64,000 nt of DNA. Origin: a candidate division FCPU426 bacterium (lineage in GTDB: Bacteria > Oederibacteriota > PGYV01 > Palsa-1178). The notes beneath the pieces were generated by a model. The model did no database searches and was not told where the DNA came from. It worked only from the letters and a program-made list of their open reading frames with translations. Each line of letters begins with the position of its first letter. Positions within the stretch are counted from its first letter, which is position 1. The DNA lies in assembly GCA_963840035.1 (NCBI GenBank), contig CAWIXE010000002.1, positions 1,312,001 through 1,376,000 on the forward strand. Direction: 5' to 3'. This document shows, one piece after another, positions 50,733-60,081 of this stretch. The position numbers and the translations under genes are program-made.

Positions 50733-51963
50733 TTTTGCTCTCCTTGACCAATTTTTTATATTTATCGTAAGTCCTTTTCATGCAGCTCACCGAGAGGTAA
50801 ATACCGTCCGCTTTATCCTCCCTTTTTGTCACCACTCCCTCTTCATAGAACATGGACACAAGCTTCTGCGCGTCATATGGTATGACCACTTTTTTCTGTG
50901 TAAAATCCGCTTCTATAAATCCCGTTATTTCCTGCAACAATCTGCCAAACCCTTCGCCTGTTTTTGCGGATATGGTTATCTTCCCGGCAAAGGCTTCCCT
51001 TTTATACTTAGTCAGCAAATCGACCTTATTATAAACTTCTATTATGTTCTTTCCTTCGTAAGCGTCTATATCTTTTAATATTGAATAAACCGAATTGACC
51101 CTCGACTCAATCCCCGGGCTTACCGCGTCTATCAGGTGCAGGATGATATCCGCCTGGTTTACTTCTTCAAGAGTTGCCCTGAAAGCCGCCACCAGATTTG
51201 TCGGCAGGTTCTTTATGAATCCCACCGTGTCTGAAAATAGCACCTTATACCTGTTAGGCAGGGTAAACTGCCTTATGGTCGGGTCAAGTGTGGCAAAGAG
51301 CTTGTCCTCGGAAAGCATCCCCGCGCCTGTCAATGAATTCAAAAGCATGGTCTTGCCAGCGTTGGTATAACCCACTATGGCTATCTGCGGCACGGGTATT
51401 GATTTCCTGCGGCCTCGCTGCAGTTCCCGCTTTACCTTAACTTCCTCAAGTTCCTTTTTTATCTTCTGTATGCGCTTATTTATCTTCCTTTTGTCAGCTT
51501 CAAGCTTAGTTTCGCCCGGCCCCCTGGCTCCGATGCCGCCTGTCTGCTGCATCATGTCCTCGCCATGCCCCGAGAGCCTCGGAAGCATGTAGTTAAGCTG
51601 GGCGAACTCCACCTGAAGCTTTCCTTCACCGGTGCGCGCCCTGGAAGCGAATATGTCCAGTATAAGCTGCGTCCTGTCAACGATGCGCTTGCCCGTTATA
51701 TCCTCAAGGTTACGCACCTGAACAGGCTTTAATTCCGCGTCAAAGATTATCACATCTATCTTATCAGCGTAATCCTTGGCTATTTCCTCTGCTTTACCCA
51801 TGCCAATATAGTAAGCCGGCGATATCTCACGCTTTTTACGCGATATCACATCCACAATCTCGCCGCCCGCAGTGCTTATTAACCCAGCCATCTCTTCTAT
51901 ATCAGACTCCACTTCCTTTGAGTCCTGGTTGCTATAGACCTTTACCAGCAATACTTTTTCCAT
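50725..51963 (-). CDS. hflX: GTPase HflX
   Basis: EGKLQVE, GPGETKLE, GYTNAGK, LFATLDPT, DTVGF. Confidence 0.95.
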   Translation of the reverse strand: MEKVLLVKVYSNQDSKEVESDIEEMAGLISTAGGEIVDVISRKKREISPAYYIGMGKAEEIAKDYADKIDVIIFDAELKPVQVRNLEDITGKRIVDRTQLILDIFASRARTGEGKLQVEFAQLNYMLPRLSGHGEDMMQQTGGIGARGPGETKLEADKRKINKRIQKIKKELEEVKVKRELQRGRRKSIPVPQIAIVGYTNAGKTMLLNSLTGAGMLSEDKLFATLDPTIRQFTLPNRYKVLFSDTVGFIKNLPTNLVAAFRATLEEVNQADIILHLIDAVSPGIESRVNSVYSILKDIDAYEGKNIIEVYNKVDLLTKYKREAFAGKITISAKTGEGFGRLLQEITGFIEADFTQKKVVIPYDAQKLVSMFYEEGVVTKREDKADGIYLSVSCMKRTYDKYKKLVKESKNG

Positions 51964-52182
51964 AATATGGAATATTATACTATTTTAAAGGGGTTTTATC
52001 AATTGGGATTAATAGGTTAAAATATCAGCCTTTTTAAGCGAGTTGTATATTACGATAATAAACAGCTTGAATTTAAATGTATTTTTCAATTATTAATGAC
52101 TTTCTTAGGTTTTATTGGTGTTTTTGAAGAAATACCTAATATCGAAGCACAACATTGTTATATTACTATTATATTTGCCCCG

Positions 52183-53414
52183 CTACGGCCCCGAACCCGC
52201 CAGCCTTTCATACAAGCTGCTTTCGTAATAATATTTTGATTTTTCCTTTTCTTTATAATCTTTATTATTCTCCATCCTTCTTATCATTTCTTTCATATCG
52301 CTCTTATATCCCGACTTAAAAAACCAATCCTCAATAAGTTTTTTTCTAAGAGCCCAAAGTCCCGATTTGTCGTTAAGCCGCCATAAAGCATCAGTAGCTC
52401 CCAGAACTACTAGTGGTTCTTTCGCATTTAGCAGTTTTTTAATCTCAGGTATTGCCTTCGCATCCCCAATCATGGCAAGTGCATGCGCTGCAGATGTCCG
52501 GATATTTGGCTCGTCATCGCATAAAGCCTTTATAAATAACGGATATAAATTTTTGTCTTTCATTTCTGAAAGATAACTAACCGCATCCAGCCTGACCCCG
52601 AAATACGGATCCCCCATTGCCTTTATTAAAGCGTCTTTAGCTGCTGCCCCCCTATCATGCCTAGCGAACTAGCTGCCCGCATCCGAAGTAGCATGTCATT
52701 ATCCTGCAAGGCCATTACTAAAGCCGGCACTGCAGACTTTTCTTTGAGTTCACCTAGTATATCTGCCGCAGACAGACGAGCGTCGCCTTTATTGTTTTTC
52801 AGGTAATTCAAGAGCGCCGGCACTATTCTTTTATCCTTTATTGTCGCAAGACCATATGCCGAAGTCATGTGTATGTCTTCATCACGGTAATCCAACCCTT
52901 TTATAAGTACTTCTGTGCCTGAATTATTTCCAAGAGATCCCAAAGCTCCAGCAGCAATTACCCTCACCTTAAAATCGCTGTCTTTTAACGCTTCAAGCAG
53001 CGCCGATTCGGCTGTCTTATCACGTCTAAAATTAAGGTAACCAGCCGCGCTGGCTCTTATACTGGCATTTTCATTTTTTAATCCTTTAATCAACAGATTT
53101 GTTGCTTTGGTATCTTTTATCCTTTCCGCAGAGTAAAGTGAGCTTCTCCGTATTTCAATATCCGGATTTAGCAGGGCATTTTCCAGTGCTAAAAAAACTT
53201 TATCATTCAGTTTGCACAGCTGATTTTCGCCAGCAATATTTCCTATCTTCACAATTATATCACCGCGCGCCATCGTATTTGCCGAATCAAGCTGATCAAT
53301 TAATCCATTAATCTCCTGATTAACTACGGCAGTTGTCGTTACACCGCCAGCAAAGATCGAAGTACACGCGGCCAAATATAACAGCATCACAAAACATTGA
53401 ATTAACACTTTCAT
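52183..53414 (-). pseudogene. Exported HEAT-repeat protein split by a frameshift in a G6 tract
   Basis: ORFs 52626-53414 and 52183-52617 join (IGG-AAAKDALIKAMGDP) if the C6 run at 52647-52652 were C7. Confidence 0.7.
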
Positions 53415-53431
53415 AGATATCCTCCCAAACC

Positions 53432-54226
53432 TTATTCCACCGAATTACTTTTCCACACAAATTTAGTTCCATTATTTAAAACCTTTTTAATTAAATATTT
53501 ATCCAACAAGTTTTCATCCTTATTTATAACATCATTCATTATTATATTATTGGCGTGATCTCTTGTTACAACCACAAGGCAAGGAACATCCTGAACAAGT
53601 AATATCAAATTTGGATAGTCATCATAGTAATTTCCTACATAAACCGTTAATTTACTACCATTCTTCAACATTCTCTTAAATTTACGCGGTATTTTTTCAA
53701 AAGTTTTCGCATTTTCAATAAATTCCTGAATTACGGCTTTTGTGAGATTTGTTTTTGTTTCATCAAAAATAAAATCCTTGTCTGTTGCCGCAATGTCGTT
53801 GCACTTGCCATTAAGAGTATAATGTTTTCCGACACTTGAGTTATACCTATCCGTAAAATACTCTTTTGTATTCTTTCCTGTAGGTTTCAAATCCGCATCA
53901 TCTTCCATCCGCTGCAAATAAAGAAAATTATTCTCTTCTGCTATATAAAATATGCAGTTCAAATTAGGGTTGTATACCTCAAGATGAGTTATATTATCAT
54001 TATTCGAATACGTAGTTATTATCATTAACTCTACCTTACTTAGTTTAGAATAGTCGTCAATCATTTTCTTATCCCATTTTTGAAACCAAAACTGATGCCA
54101 TTTTATTGTTTTACATATAAAACCAGCTATTTTGCTTTCATACGGTGAACTTTTCGGCAGTTTTGCTTCTTTTATATTACAACCAATAAAGCACAAGCAA
54201 CAAATTAAAATAAGTACTTTTTTCAT
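53432..54226 (-). CDS. Hypothetical lipoprotein
   Basis: MKKVLILICCLCFIGC lipobox; AT-rich. Confidence 0.65.
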   Translation of the reverse strand: MKKVLILICCLCFIGCNIKEAKLPKSSPYESKIAGFICKTIKWHQFWFQKWDKKMIDDYSKLSKVELMIITTYSNNDNITHLEVYNPNLNCIFYIAEENNFLYLQRMEDDADLKPTGKNTKEYFTDRYNSSVGKHYTLNGKCNDIAATDKDFIFDETKTNLTKAVIQEFIENAKTFEKIPRKFKRMLKNGSKLTVYVGNYYDDYPNLILLVQDVPCLVVVTRDHANNIIMNDVINKDENLLDKYLIKKVLNNGTKFVWKSNSVE

Positions 54227-54310
54227 TTGTATCCCCCATTCACAGATCATTCAAACCGCACGCCAAAAAAAACTGTTTTAATGTAGTGTCAAATATGAAT
54301 TCAACAAACA

Positions 54311-54352
54311 AAAAAGCGGCTCGTATTCTTCAACAGAATACGGCCGCCTTTT
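54311..54352 (-). terminator. Intrinsic terminator after apt
   Basis: GCGGC.CGTATTCT / AGAATACG.GCCGC stem flanked by A/T runs. Confidence 0.65.
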
Positions 54353-54359
54353 ATAAATA

Positions 54360-54878
54360 TCAATAATGAATTAAAGAATATATCTTATTTGGCCTTAATT
54401 TTTCACTTCCCTTAAGGAAGTCCAGTTCCATTACAAAACACATTTCCTTTATATTCCCGCCGCATTTTTCAACAAGCTTGGCCACTGCGCCCGCAGTGCC
54501 ACCTGTGGCCAATACGTCGTCGACTATCAGGACATTGTCCCCTTTTGTTATTCCGTCCCTGTGTATTTCAAGTGAGTCTGTTCCGTACTCAAGGGCATAT
54601 TCCTGTTTGTATGTGGCCCTTGGGAGTTTTCCGGGTTTTCTTACGGGGACAAGCGACGCTTTGAGTTTATAAGCCAGCGGAGCGCCCAGCAGGAATCCGC
54701 GCGCTTCCATGCAGACTACGGCGTCAATTTTTTTATTCTTGTACCTTTTTGCAAGGAAGTCTATAAGTTTTGCGAATAATTTCGCGTCTTTCAATACAGG
54801 CATCATGTCCTTAAAAATTATGCCTTTTTTCGGAAAGTCCGGCACATCTAATATGGCTTTTCTCACTGCTTTTTCCAT
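54360..54878 (-). CDS. apt: Adenine phosphoribosyltransferase
   Basis: PDFPKKGIIF, EARGF, RKPGKLP, LEYG, VDDVLATGGT. Confidence 0.95.
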   Translation of the reverse strand: MEKAVRKAILDVPDFPKKGIIFKDMMPVLKDAKLFAKLIDFLAKRYKNKKIDAVVCMEARGFLLGAPLAYKLKASLVPVRKPGKLPRATYKQEYALEYGTDSLEIHRDGITKGDNVLIVDDVLATGGTAGAVAKLVEKCGGNIKEMCFVMELDFLKGSEKLRPNKIYSLIHY

Positions 54879-54929
54879 GTTGCCCTCCGTATTCAATTTA
54901 AAATTTTAGATTTAAAATTTAAAATTGCC

Positions 54930-56006
54930 TTACTGCGCGTCCTTGCTCTTCATAAAATAGCGCAATTTTTTTATGGCTATCGTCTCTATCTGGCGGATCC
55001 TTTCCCTTGTGAGCTTTAGCTTCGCGCCGATTTCCTCAAGGGTAAGTATGTTCTTATTGTTTATGCCGAACCTGTTCATGATGACTTCCTGTTCTTTCGG
55101 CTTTAACTTCGATATCAATTCCATGAGCTTTTCATTCTTGTCCTTCTCAAAAAAGTCGTCGTCAGGCTTTACTATGCTCATGTCTTCGATGGTGTCTTTT
55201 AGCGTCCTGCCGGAGTCGGAATCCTCGCTCTCGTATTCAAGGTCTATGGATTTCGGCGCTTTTATAATATTGAGTATTTCATTGAGCTTGGTCGGCTCGA
55301 TTTTTAGTTTTGCCGCCACATCATACTTGTCGGGAAAGCGGCCCGTGTCCTTTATTTCCTTTTCAATGGCTTTTAAATACTTATGGTATATGTCAAGAAT
55401 GTGCACCGGAATGCGGATGGTGTTTTTCTGGTTTGCGATGGCCCTGTTAACGGACTGCTTTATCCACCATGTCGCGTAAGTGGAAAACCTGAAGCCGAGC
55501 TCCGGTTTGAATTTCTCGACTGCCTTCATAAGCCCGATATTGCCTTCTTCTATCAGGTCTATTATGGGGACCCCGAAGTACTCATATCTTTTAGCGATCT
55601 TAACGACCAGTTTTAAGTTAGCCTTGATAATTCTTGCCCTTGCTTCGATATTGCCTTTCTGGGCCTTTCTTATTATTTCCTTTTCTTCCTTTTCCGTAAG
55701 TATTTTTTCATTCCTTATTTCATCAAAATAGAGCATCAGCGAGTCTTTTGAAGGTGCGCGTTTATCAAGCTCTGTTTTAACCTCAGCCTCGTCAGCGTCA
55801 GCCCCGGCTATTTCCTCTATGACTGCGGATACATCCTCCGCGTCAGCCCCCGGTTTTACAACATCGTCATCATCAGCCTTTGCGGACGCCTTTTGAGGCA
55901 GCGCTTTAGCCTGAAGATTTTTTTTAGATTTAGGCGCGGATTTTTTAACGGCTTTTTTGACAGCTTTTTTTACCTTGATTTTTTTTATCTTTTTTTTCTT
56001 TTTCAT
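54930..56006 (-). CDS. Sigma-70 family factor (RpoS/RpoD-like) with Lys-rich N-terminus
   Basis: ANLKLVVKIAKRY, DLIEEGNIGLMKAVEKF, RFSTYATWWI, TRERIRQIE. Confidence 0.9.
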   Translation of the reverse strand: MKKKKKIKKIKVKKAVKKAVKKSAPKSKKNLQAKALPQKASAKADDDDVVKPGADAEDVSAVIEEIAGADADEAEVKTELDKRAPSKDSLMLYFDEIRNEKILTEKEEKEIIRKAQKGNIEARARIIKANLKLVVKIAKRYEYFGVPIIDLIEEGNIGLMKAVEKFKPELGFRFSTYATWWIKQSVNRAIANQKNTIRIPVHILDIYHKYLKAIEKEIKDTGRFPDKYDVAAKLKIEPTKLNEILNIIKAPKSIDLEYESEDSDSGRTLKDTIEDMSIVKPDDDFFEKDKNEKLMELISKLKPKEQEVIMNRFGINNKNILTLEEIGAKLKLTRERIRQIETIAIKKLRYFMKSKDAQ

Positions 56007-56015
56007 ATTCCCCCC

Positions 56016-56309
56016 TTAATATCCCGGATACATTTGTATATAAAAATCCTTGTATCTCCCGTCATCCGGAATGTCAACTTTTGTAAAATCCTCTATAATA
56101 AAGCTCCCGTCGCGGCGCGTTATATGATCAACAAAGCCCGTTATCAGCCCCGCATCGCCAAACACTTCCAGTTCAACGCTGCCGTCCGGCAGGTTCCTCA
56201 CAAACCCCTTAAGTCCATACTGTTCCGCGGCTTCCCTGCAATAGTATCTGTAACCCACGCCCTGCACGCTGCCTTTTACATTTATGTGAAGGCCCTTGTT
56301 CTGTCCCAT
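56016..56309 (-). CDS. acyP: Acylphosphatase
   Basis: GSVQGVGYR, GFVRNLPDGSVE. Confidence 0.92.
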   Translation of the reverse strand: MGQNKGLHINVKGSVQGVGYRYYCREAAEQYGLKGFVRNLPDGSVELEVFGDAGLITGFVDHITRRDGSFIIEDFTKVDIPDDGRYKDFYIQMYPGY

Positions 56310-56310
56310 A

Positions 56311-57081
56311 TTACTGCAGGTATGTTATGCCAAAGATGAAATACTGCCTCATAAAATTGCCTATTTCACCCGCCTTTGAAATATTGGCGATATCTTTGAC
56401 ATAGAATTCCACGTTCAGATTATAATTGAGGCTTATTTTTACCCCGGCATTGAACTGTTTCTCGTCGTATTCGGCTATTAAAAGTATAGTGTCGTTTATT
56501 ATTTTTGAGGCATCCGCGATAAATCCGATATACGAATTCGAAAAAGTCTTTTTGAATCCAATTGAAAAACTCATATCATTAATCTTTTTTGAAGTAACCC
56601 CGTAGACGGCAAAAGAATCCCAGAGCCCGCCCTTAAAAAGATTAAGGGGCAGTTTCCTGATTCCCGCGCATACCGATACAAAGTAATCCTCTTCCTTTAG
56701 TATCCTGCCCTTTAAGGCAAATGATGTGCTGTTTGTAAGGCTTTCTATCAGATAACTCGCCTTATCCATTATGGGGGCATTCGCCGCAGGCGCGGACCCT
56801 GAATTAAGGAGATCAGATAGCCCTCCGAAATTAATTGTCCCACCGGCCTCAATTAAATCAAAAAAACCGTAATTAACCTTGAATATATATTTTTCCATGT
56901 GAAGTCCGAGCGAGAATGTCCCTGCCGGGAGCACATAGGCAGACGGGTTGTTTATATAGCCGCTTTCACCGGAAACCGTCGGCATTATAAGAAGGTGGTT
57001 AATATCAAGGACCTCGGCCGCAAAAACCGGGGCGATTAAAAAGGCTGTCATTATTAGGGCTAAAACTGTTTTCTTGGTCAA
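56311..57081 (-). CDS. Exported, probable outer-membrane beta-barrel (YjbH-like)
   Basis: Signal peptide; GESGYINNPSAYVL; AEYD; terminal FGITYLQ. Confidence 0.55.
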   Translation of the reverse strand: MTKKTVLALIMTAFLIAPVFAAEVLDINHLLIMPTVSGESGYINNPSAYVLPAGTFSLGLHMEKYIFKVNYGFFDLIEAGGTINFGGLSDLLNSGSAPAANAPIMDKASYLIESLTNSTSFALKGRILKEEDYFVSVCAGIRKLPLNLFKGGLWDSFAVYGVTSKKINDMSFSIGFKKTFSNSYIGFIADASKIINDTILLIAEYDEKQFNAGVKISLNYNLNVEFYVKDIANISKAGEIGNFMRQYFIFGITYLQ

Positions 57082-57240
57082 GGTTATATTCTCCTCGATT
57101 GGTTTCGGCGTTTTAGCTTAAAATCAAGAACTTTCAGAAAGTAGAAAGGAGAAAGGTGACCGGGTAGGTCTCGAATTCATGTATTGTTCTCCTATCTCCT
57201 ATCTACTCTCTCCTATCTAAAATTTTGCGAAGCAAAATTT

Positions 57241-57317
57241 TGGTCGGGGTGACTGGTCTCGAACCAGCGACCTCTCGCACCCCAAGCGAGTGCGCTAGCC
57301 AACTGCGCTACACCCCG
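57241..57317 (-). tRNA. tRNA-Pro (GGG)
   Basis: CGGGGTG acceptor, CTCGC-TTGGGGT-GCGAG, CCA. Confidence 0.93.
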
Positions 57318-57423
57318 ACTACATCAATGTATGATTCATCTAAATTCATAATCGTGGTGTGTCCGGGAACGACCATTAATAGAAGATTCCTCTATTTAAT
57401 CGTTCCGGGCTACACCCCGACTA
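57307..57423. repeat. ~102 bp tRNA-Pro leader repeat unit
   Basis: GCTACACCCCGACTA at 57307 and 57409; homologous to the units at 57704-57916. Confidence 0.8.
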
Positions 57424-57638
57424 TTTCCAACAAGAATAGCAGACAAGAAAACTATCGGAGGCATCAAGTAAAGCACAACCTCGCCTCCACCGTCTCCTAT
57501 CTACTCTCTCCTATCTCATGTTCCTATTTCTTAAGAACAGGTTCTAAACCTAAAAAACAAGGTCAACTTCTCCAGAGAGTAGAGAGGAGAAAGGTGACCG
57601 AGGCTTACGCCTCTGAAAATTTTCGCAAGCGAAAATTT

Positions 57639-57714
57639 TGGTCGGGGCGACTGGATTTGAACCAGCGGCCTCTTGGTCCCGAACCAAGCGCGCTACCAAC
57701 TGCGCTACGCCCCG
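57639..57714 (-). tRNA. tRNA-Pro (CGG)
   Basis: CGGGGCG acceptor, CTTGG-TTCGGGA-CCAAG, CCA. Confidence 0.93.
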
Positions 57715-57916
57715 ACTACCTTAATGTATGCCTTATCTAAATTCAAAGTCGGGGCGTGTCCGGGAACGACTATTAATAGAAGATTCCTCTATCTCATCGT
57801 TCCGGGCTACGCCTACCGAGCTTAATGTATGCCTTATCTAAATTCAAAGTCGGGGCGTGTCCAGTAAAGGCTATAAATAAATCTTCATTAATCTAACCTT
57901 TACTGGGCTACGCCCC
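57704..57916. repeat. Two ~102 bp tRNA-Pro leader repeat units
   Basis: GCTACGCC at 57704, 57806 and 57907; shared TTAATGTATGCCTTATCTAAATTCAAAGTCGGGGCGTGTCC. Confidence 0.85.
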
Positions 57917-57998
57917 AACGCTGACACTTTAATGTTGCCTATTAACGCTTTTAAGAACGTTGATATCCTGACTTTTGTTCCTGTTTCAAAACTTCAAA

Positions 57999-58027
57999 AT
58001 TTTACCATTTATATATGCCGCTTTCAA
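57999..58027 (-). promoter_or_regulatory. Candidate promoter for the tRNA-Pro pair
   Basis: TTGAAA-17-TAAAAT with TG extension. Confidence 0.55.
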
Positions 58028-58035
58028 CGTTTATT

Positions 58036-58392
58036 TTAGTTTTCCAGCATCCTTAGAGCCTCTATTATTTCCTTCCTTACGTCCTTAAGCTTGTCCATGG
58101 TGAGCTTTTCTTCCACTCCAAAGAGCTCCATCTGCTCGCCGTCCAGGGCCGATATCATTTCCTTGAGCTTTTTCTGCGCGCCGCTTATTTTAAACTCGTC
58201 CTCATAAAGCAGCTTTTTTATCATTAATATCATGTCAATGTCGGTCTTTGTATACTTTCTCTGGCCTACCCTGTTCTTAATCGGCTGGAGCTCCTCAAAA
58301 TTCTGCTCCCAGAACCTTATTACAGACTCCCTGACTCCGGTAATCTGCGCCACTTCCCTTATGGGGTAATACTTTTTTTCTTTAATGTCCAT
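58036..58392 (-). CDS. MerR-family regulator
   Basis: KKYYPIREVAQITGV..SVIRFWEQNF..P.K..GQRKY. Confidence 0.9.
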   Translation of the reverse strand: MDIKEKKYYPIREVAQITGVRESVIRFWEQNFEELQPIKNRVGQRKYTKTDIDMILMIKKLLYEDEFKISGAQKKLKEMISALDGEQMELFGVEEKLTMDKLKDVRKEIIEALRMLEN

Positions 58393-58412
58393 TTTTGCCT
58401 CCCGTAAAAAGC

Positions 58413-59421
58413 TTACGCTTTTTTCAAGAATTCCTTTTCTGATTTTGGCGACCTGCCCATCAAGCCCTTAACAGACTCAGAGGGCGACTTGCCGTTATAT
58501 ATGGCCTCATATACTTCGTTTACTATCGGCATCTCAACCTTATACTTCTTCGCCAATTTATATATGGACAGGGTGGTCTTTACGCCTTCAGCCACCATTT
58601 CCATGGATTTTAATATTTCATCTATTTTTTTGCCTTTTCCAAGCTGCTCGCCGACGGCCCTGTTCCTGGAATGCCTGCTTCTCGCATGTCACAACCAGGT
58701 CCCCTATTCCGGAGAGGCCGAAGAACGTATCTTTATCCGCGCCCATGGCGACACCGAGCCTGCACATCTCCGCAAGCCCCCTTGTTATCAGGGCTGCCTT
58801 TGTATTGTCCCCCAGCTGAAGCCCGTCCAGGGTACCGGCGGCAATGGCAATGACATTTTTTACGCTGCCGCCGAGTTCCACGCCAAGCACATCTTTTGTA
58901 TTATAAGTCCTGAAATGGTTCGTAAAAAACAGGCCCTGAATCATCTCGGCAAGCTTTATATCCTTTGAAGCCACGACTACAGTGGTCGGCATTTTTCTCG
59001 CGACTTCTTCGGCGTGTGAAGGCCCTGAAAGGACGGCAAACCTGACATTCCCGAGGACGTCTTTTACCACCCTGGACATGGTCATAAGCGTCTCCTGCTC
59101 CACGCCTTTTACCACGCTTACGTATGTCTTCTTTTTATAGTCAAGTTCCTTTATGGATTTTAAAAGGCCGCGCATGACATGCGACGGTATGGCCAGCACG
59201 AGAATTTCCGAAGCGTCAACCGCCTGCTTTAAGTCGCTCGTGATGACGATATTTGCCGGGATCTTTACGCCCTTTAAAAATTTTATATTTTCCCTTTTGG
59301 AATCCAGTACTTCGGCATATTCCGCGAAGTATTCCCAGAGCGTTACCTGATGGTTTTCCTCGGCTAATAATATGGCAAGCGCCGTTCCCCAGCCGCCCGC
59401 TCCGATTACCGATACCTTCAT
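58413..59421 (-). pseudogene. gpsA: NAD(P)H glycerol-3-phosphate dehydrogenase with a +1 frameshift near 58680
   Basis: GAGGWG, SGPSHA, KNVIAI, GDLVVTC; SRHSRNRAVG...VAEG continues in another frame. Confidence 0.85.
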
Positions 59422-60068
59422 TTTTTTCCCTCTTTTTCTTTGGGTTTGTCTTCCTTTTTAGCGTCAAATCTGCTTTCAGTCCCGTCTAAAAGCCTTCTGA
59501 TATTGTCCTTATGCTTATAAATGACAAAACTTGCCATGGCCACTGCCAGCACCAGGACCGAATAAAGGAATCCCTGTTCGCCGTAAATGTAAATAAATAC
59601 AGGCAGCAGGAACGCGCACATTATGGAACCGAGTGAAATATACCTGAAGAAATAAAGCAGAATCCCGAAAATTATCATGTCCGTGGCCACAGAAGCCGGC
59701 GCAAGCGCTATGAAAACTCCCAGGCTGGTTGCCACTCCCTTACCGCCCTTAAAATTAAGGAATATGGTAAAGGTATGTCCGACAACCGCGGCAATGGCCG
59801 CAAGTATCGGAATCCATGGATTATTGGCCCCGCCGAATATGGCTGAAAAGACCGTGACAGGCAAATACCCTTTTAGGGCGTCAAGCGCCAGCACGGCAAG
59901 AAAGCCTTTCATGCCGAGCACCCTTTTGACGTTAGTGGCGCCTATGTTGCCGCTGCCCACAGTGCGCACATCTATGCCTTTTATGAGCTTAACTAAAAGG
60001 TAGCCCGACGGGATGGACCCCAGCAGGTAAGATACTACAATAGTAATCAGTATGGCCACAAAAACCAT
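59418..60068 (-). CDS. plsY: Glycerol-3-phosphate acyltransferase
   Basis: YLLGSIP, GSGNIGATN, FKGGKGVATSLG, HKDNIRRL. Confidence 0.95.
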   Translation of the reverse strand: MVFVAILITIVVSYLLGSIPSGYLLVKLIKGIDVRTVGSGNIGATNVKRVLGMKGFLAVLALDALKGYLPVTVFSAIFGGANNPWIPILAAIAAVVGHTFTIFLNFKGGKGVATSLGVFIALAPASVATDMIIFGILLYFFRYISLGSIMCAFLLPVFIYIYGEQGFLYSVLVLAVAMASFVIYKHKDNIRRLLDGTESRFDAKKEDKPKEKEGKK

Positions 60069-60081
60069 TTCAGTCCTCCTA

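Noticed and set aside
57225..57740. 171 aa ORF
   Set aside because: Antisense to two tRNA genes
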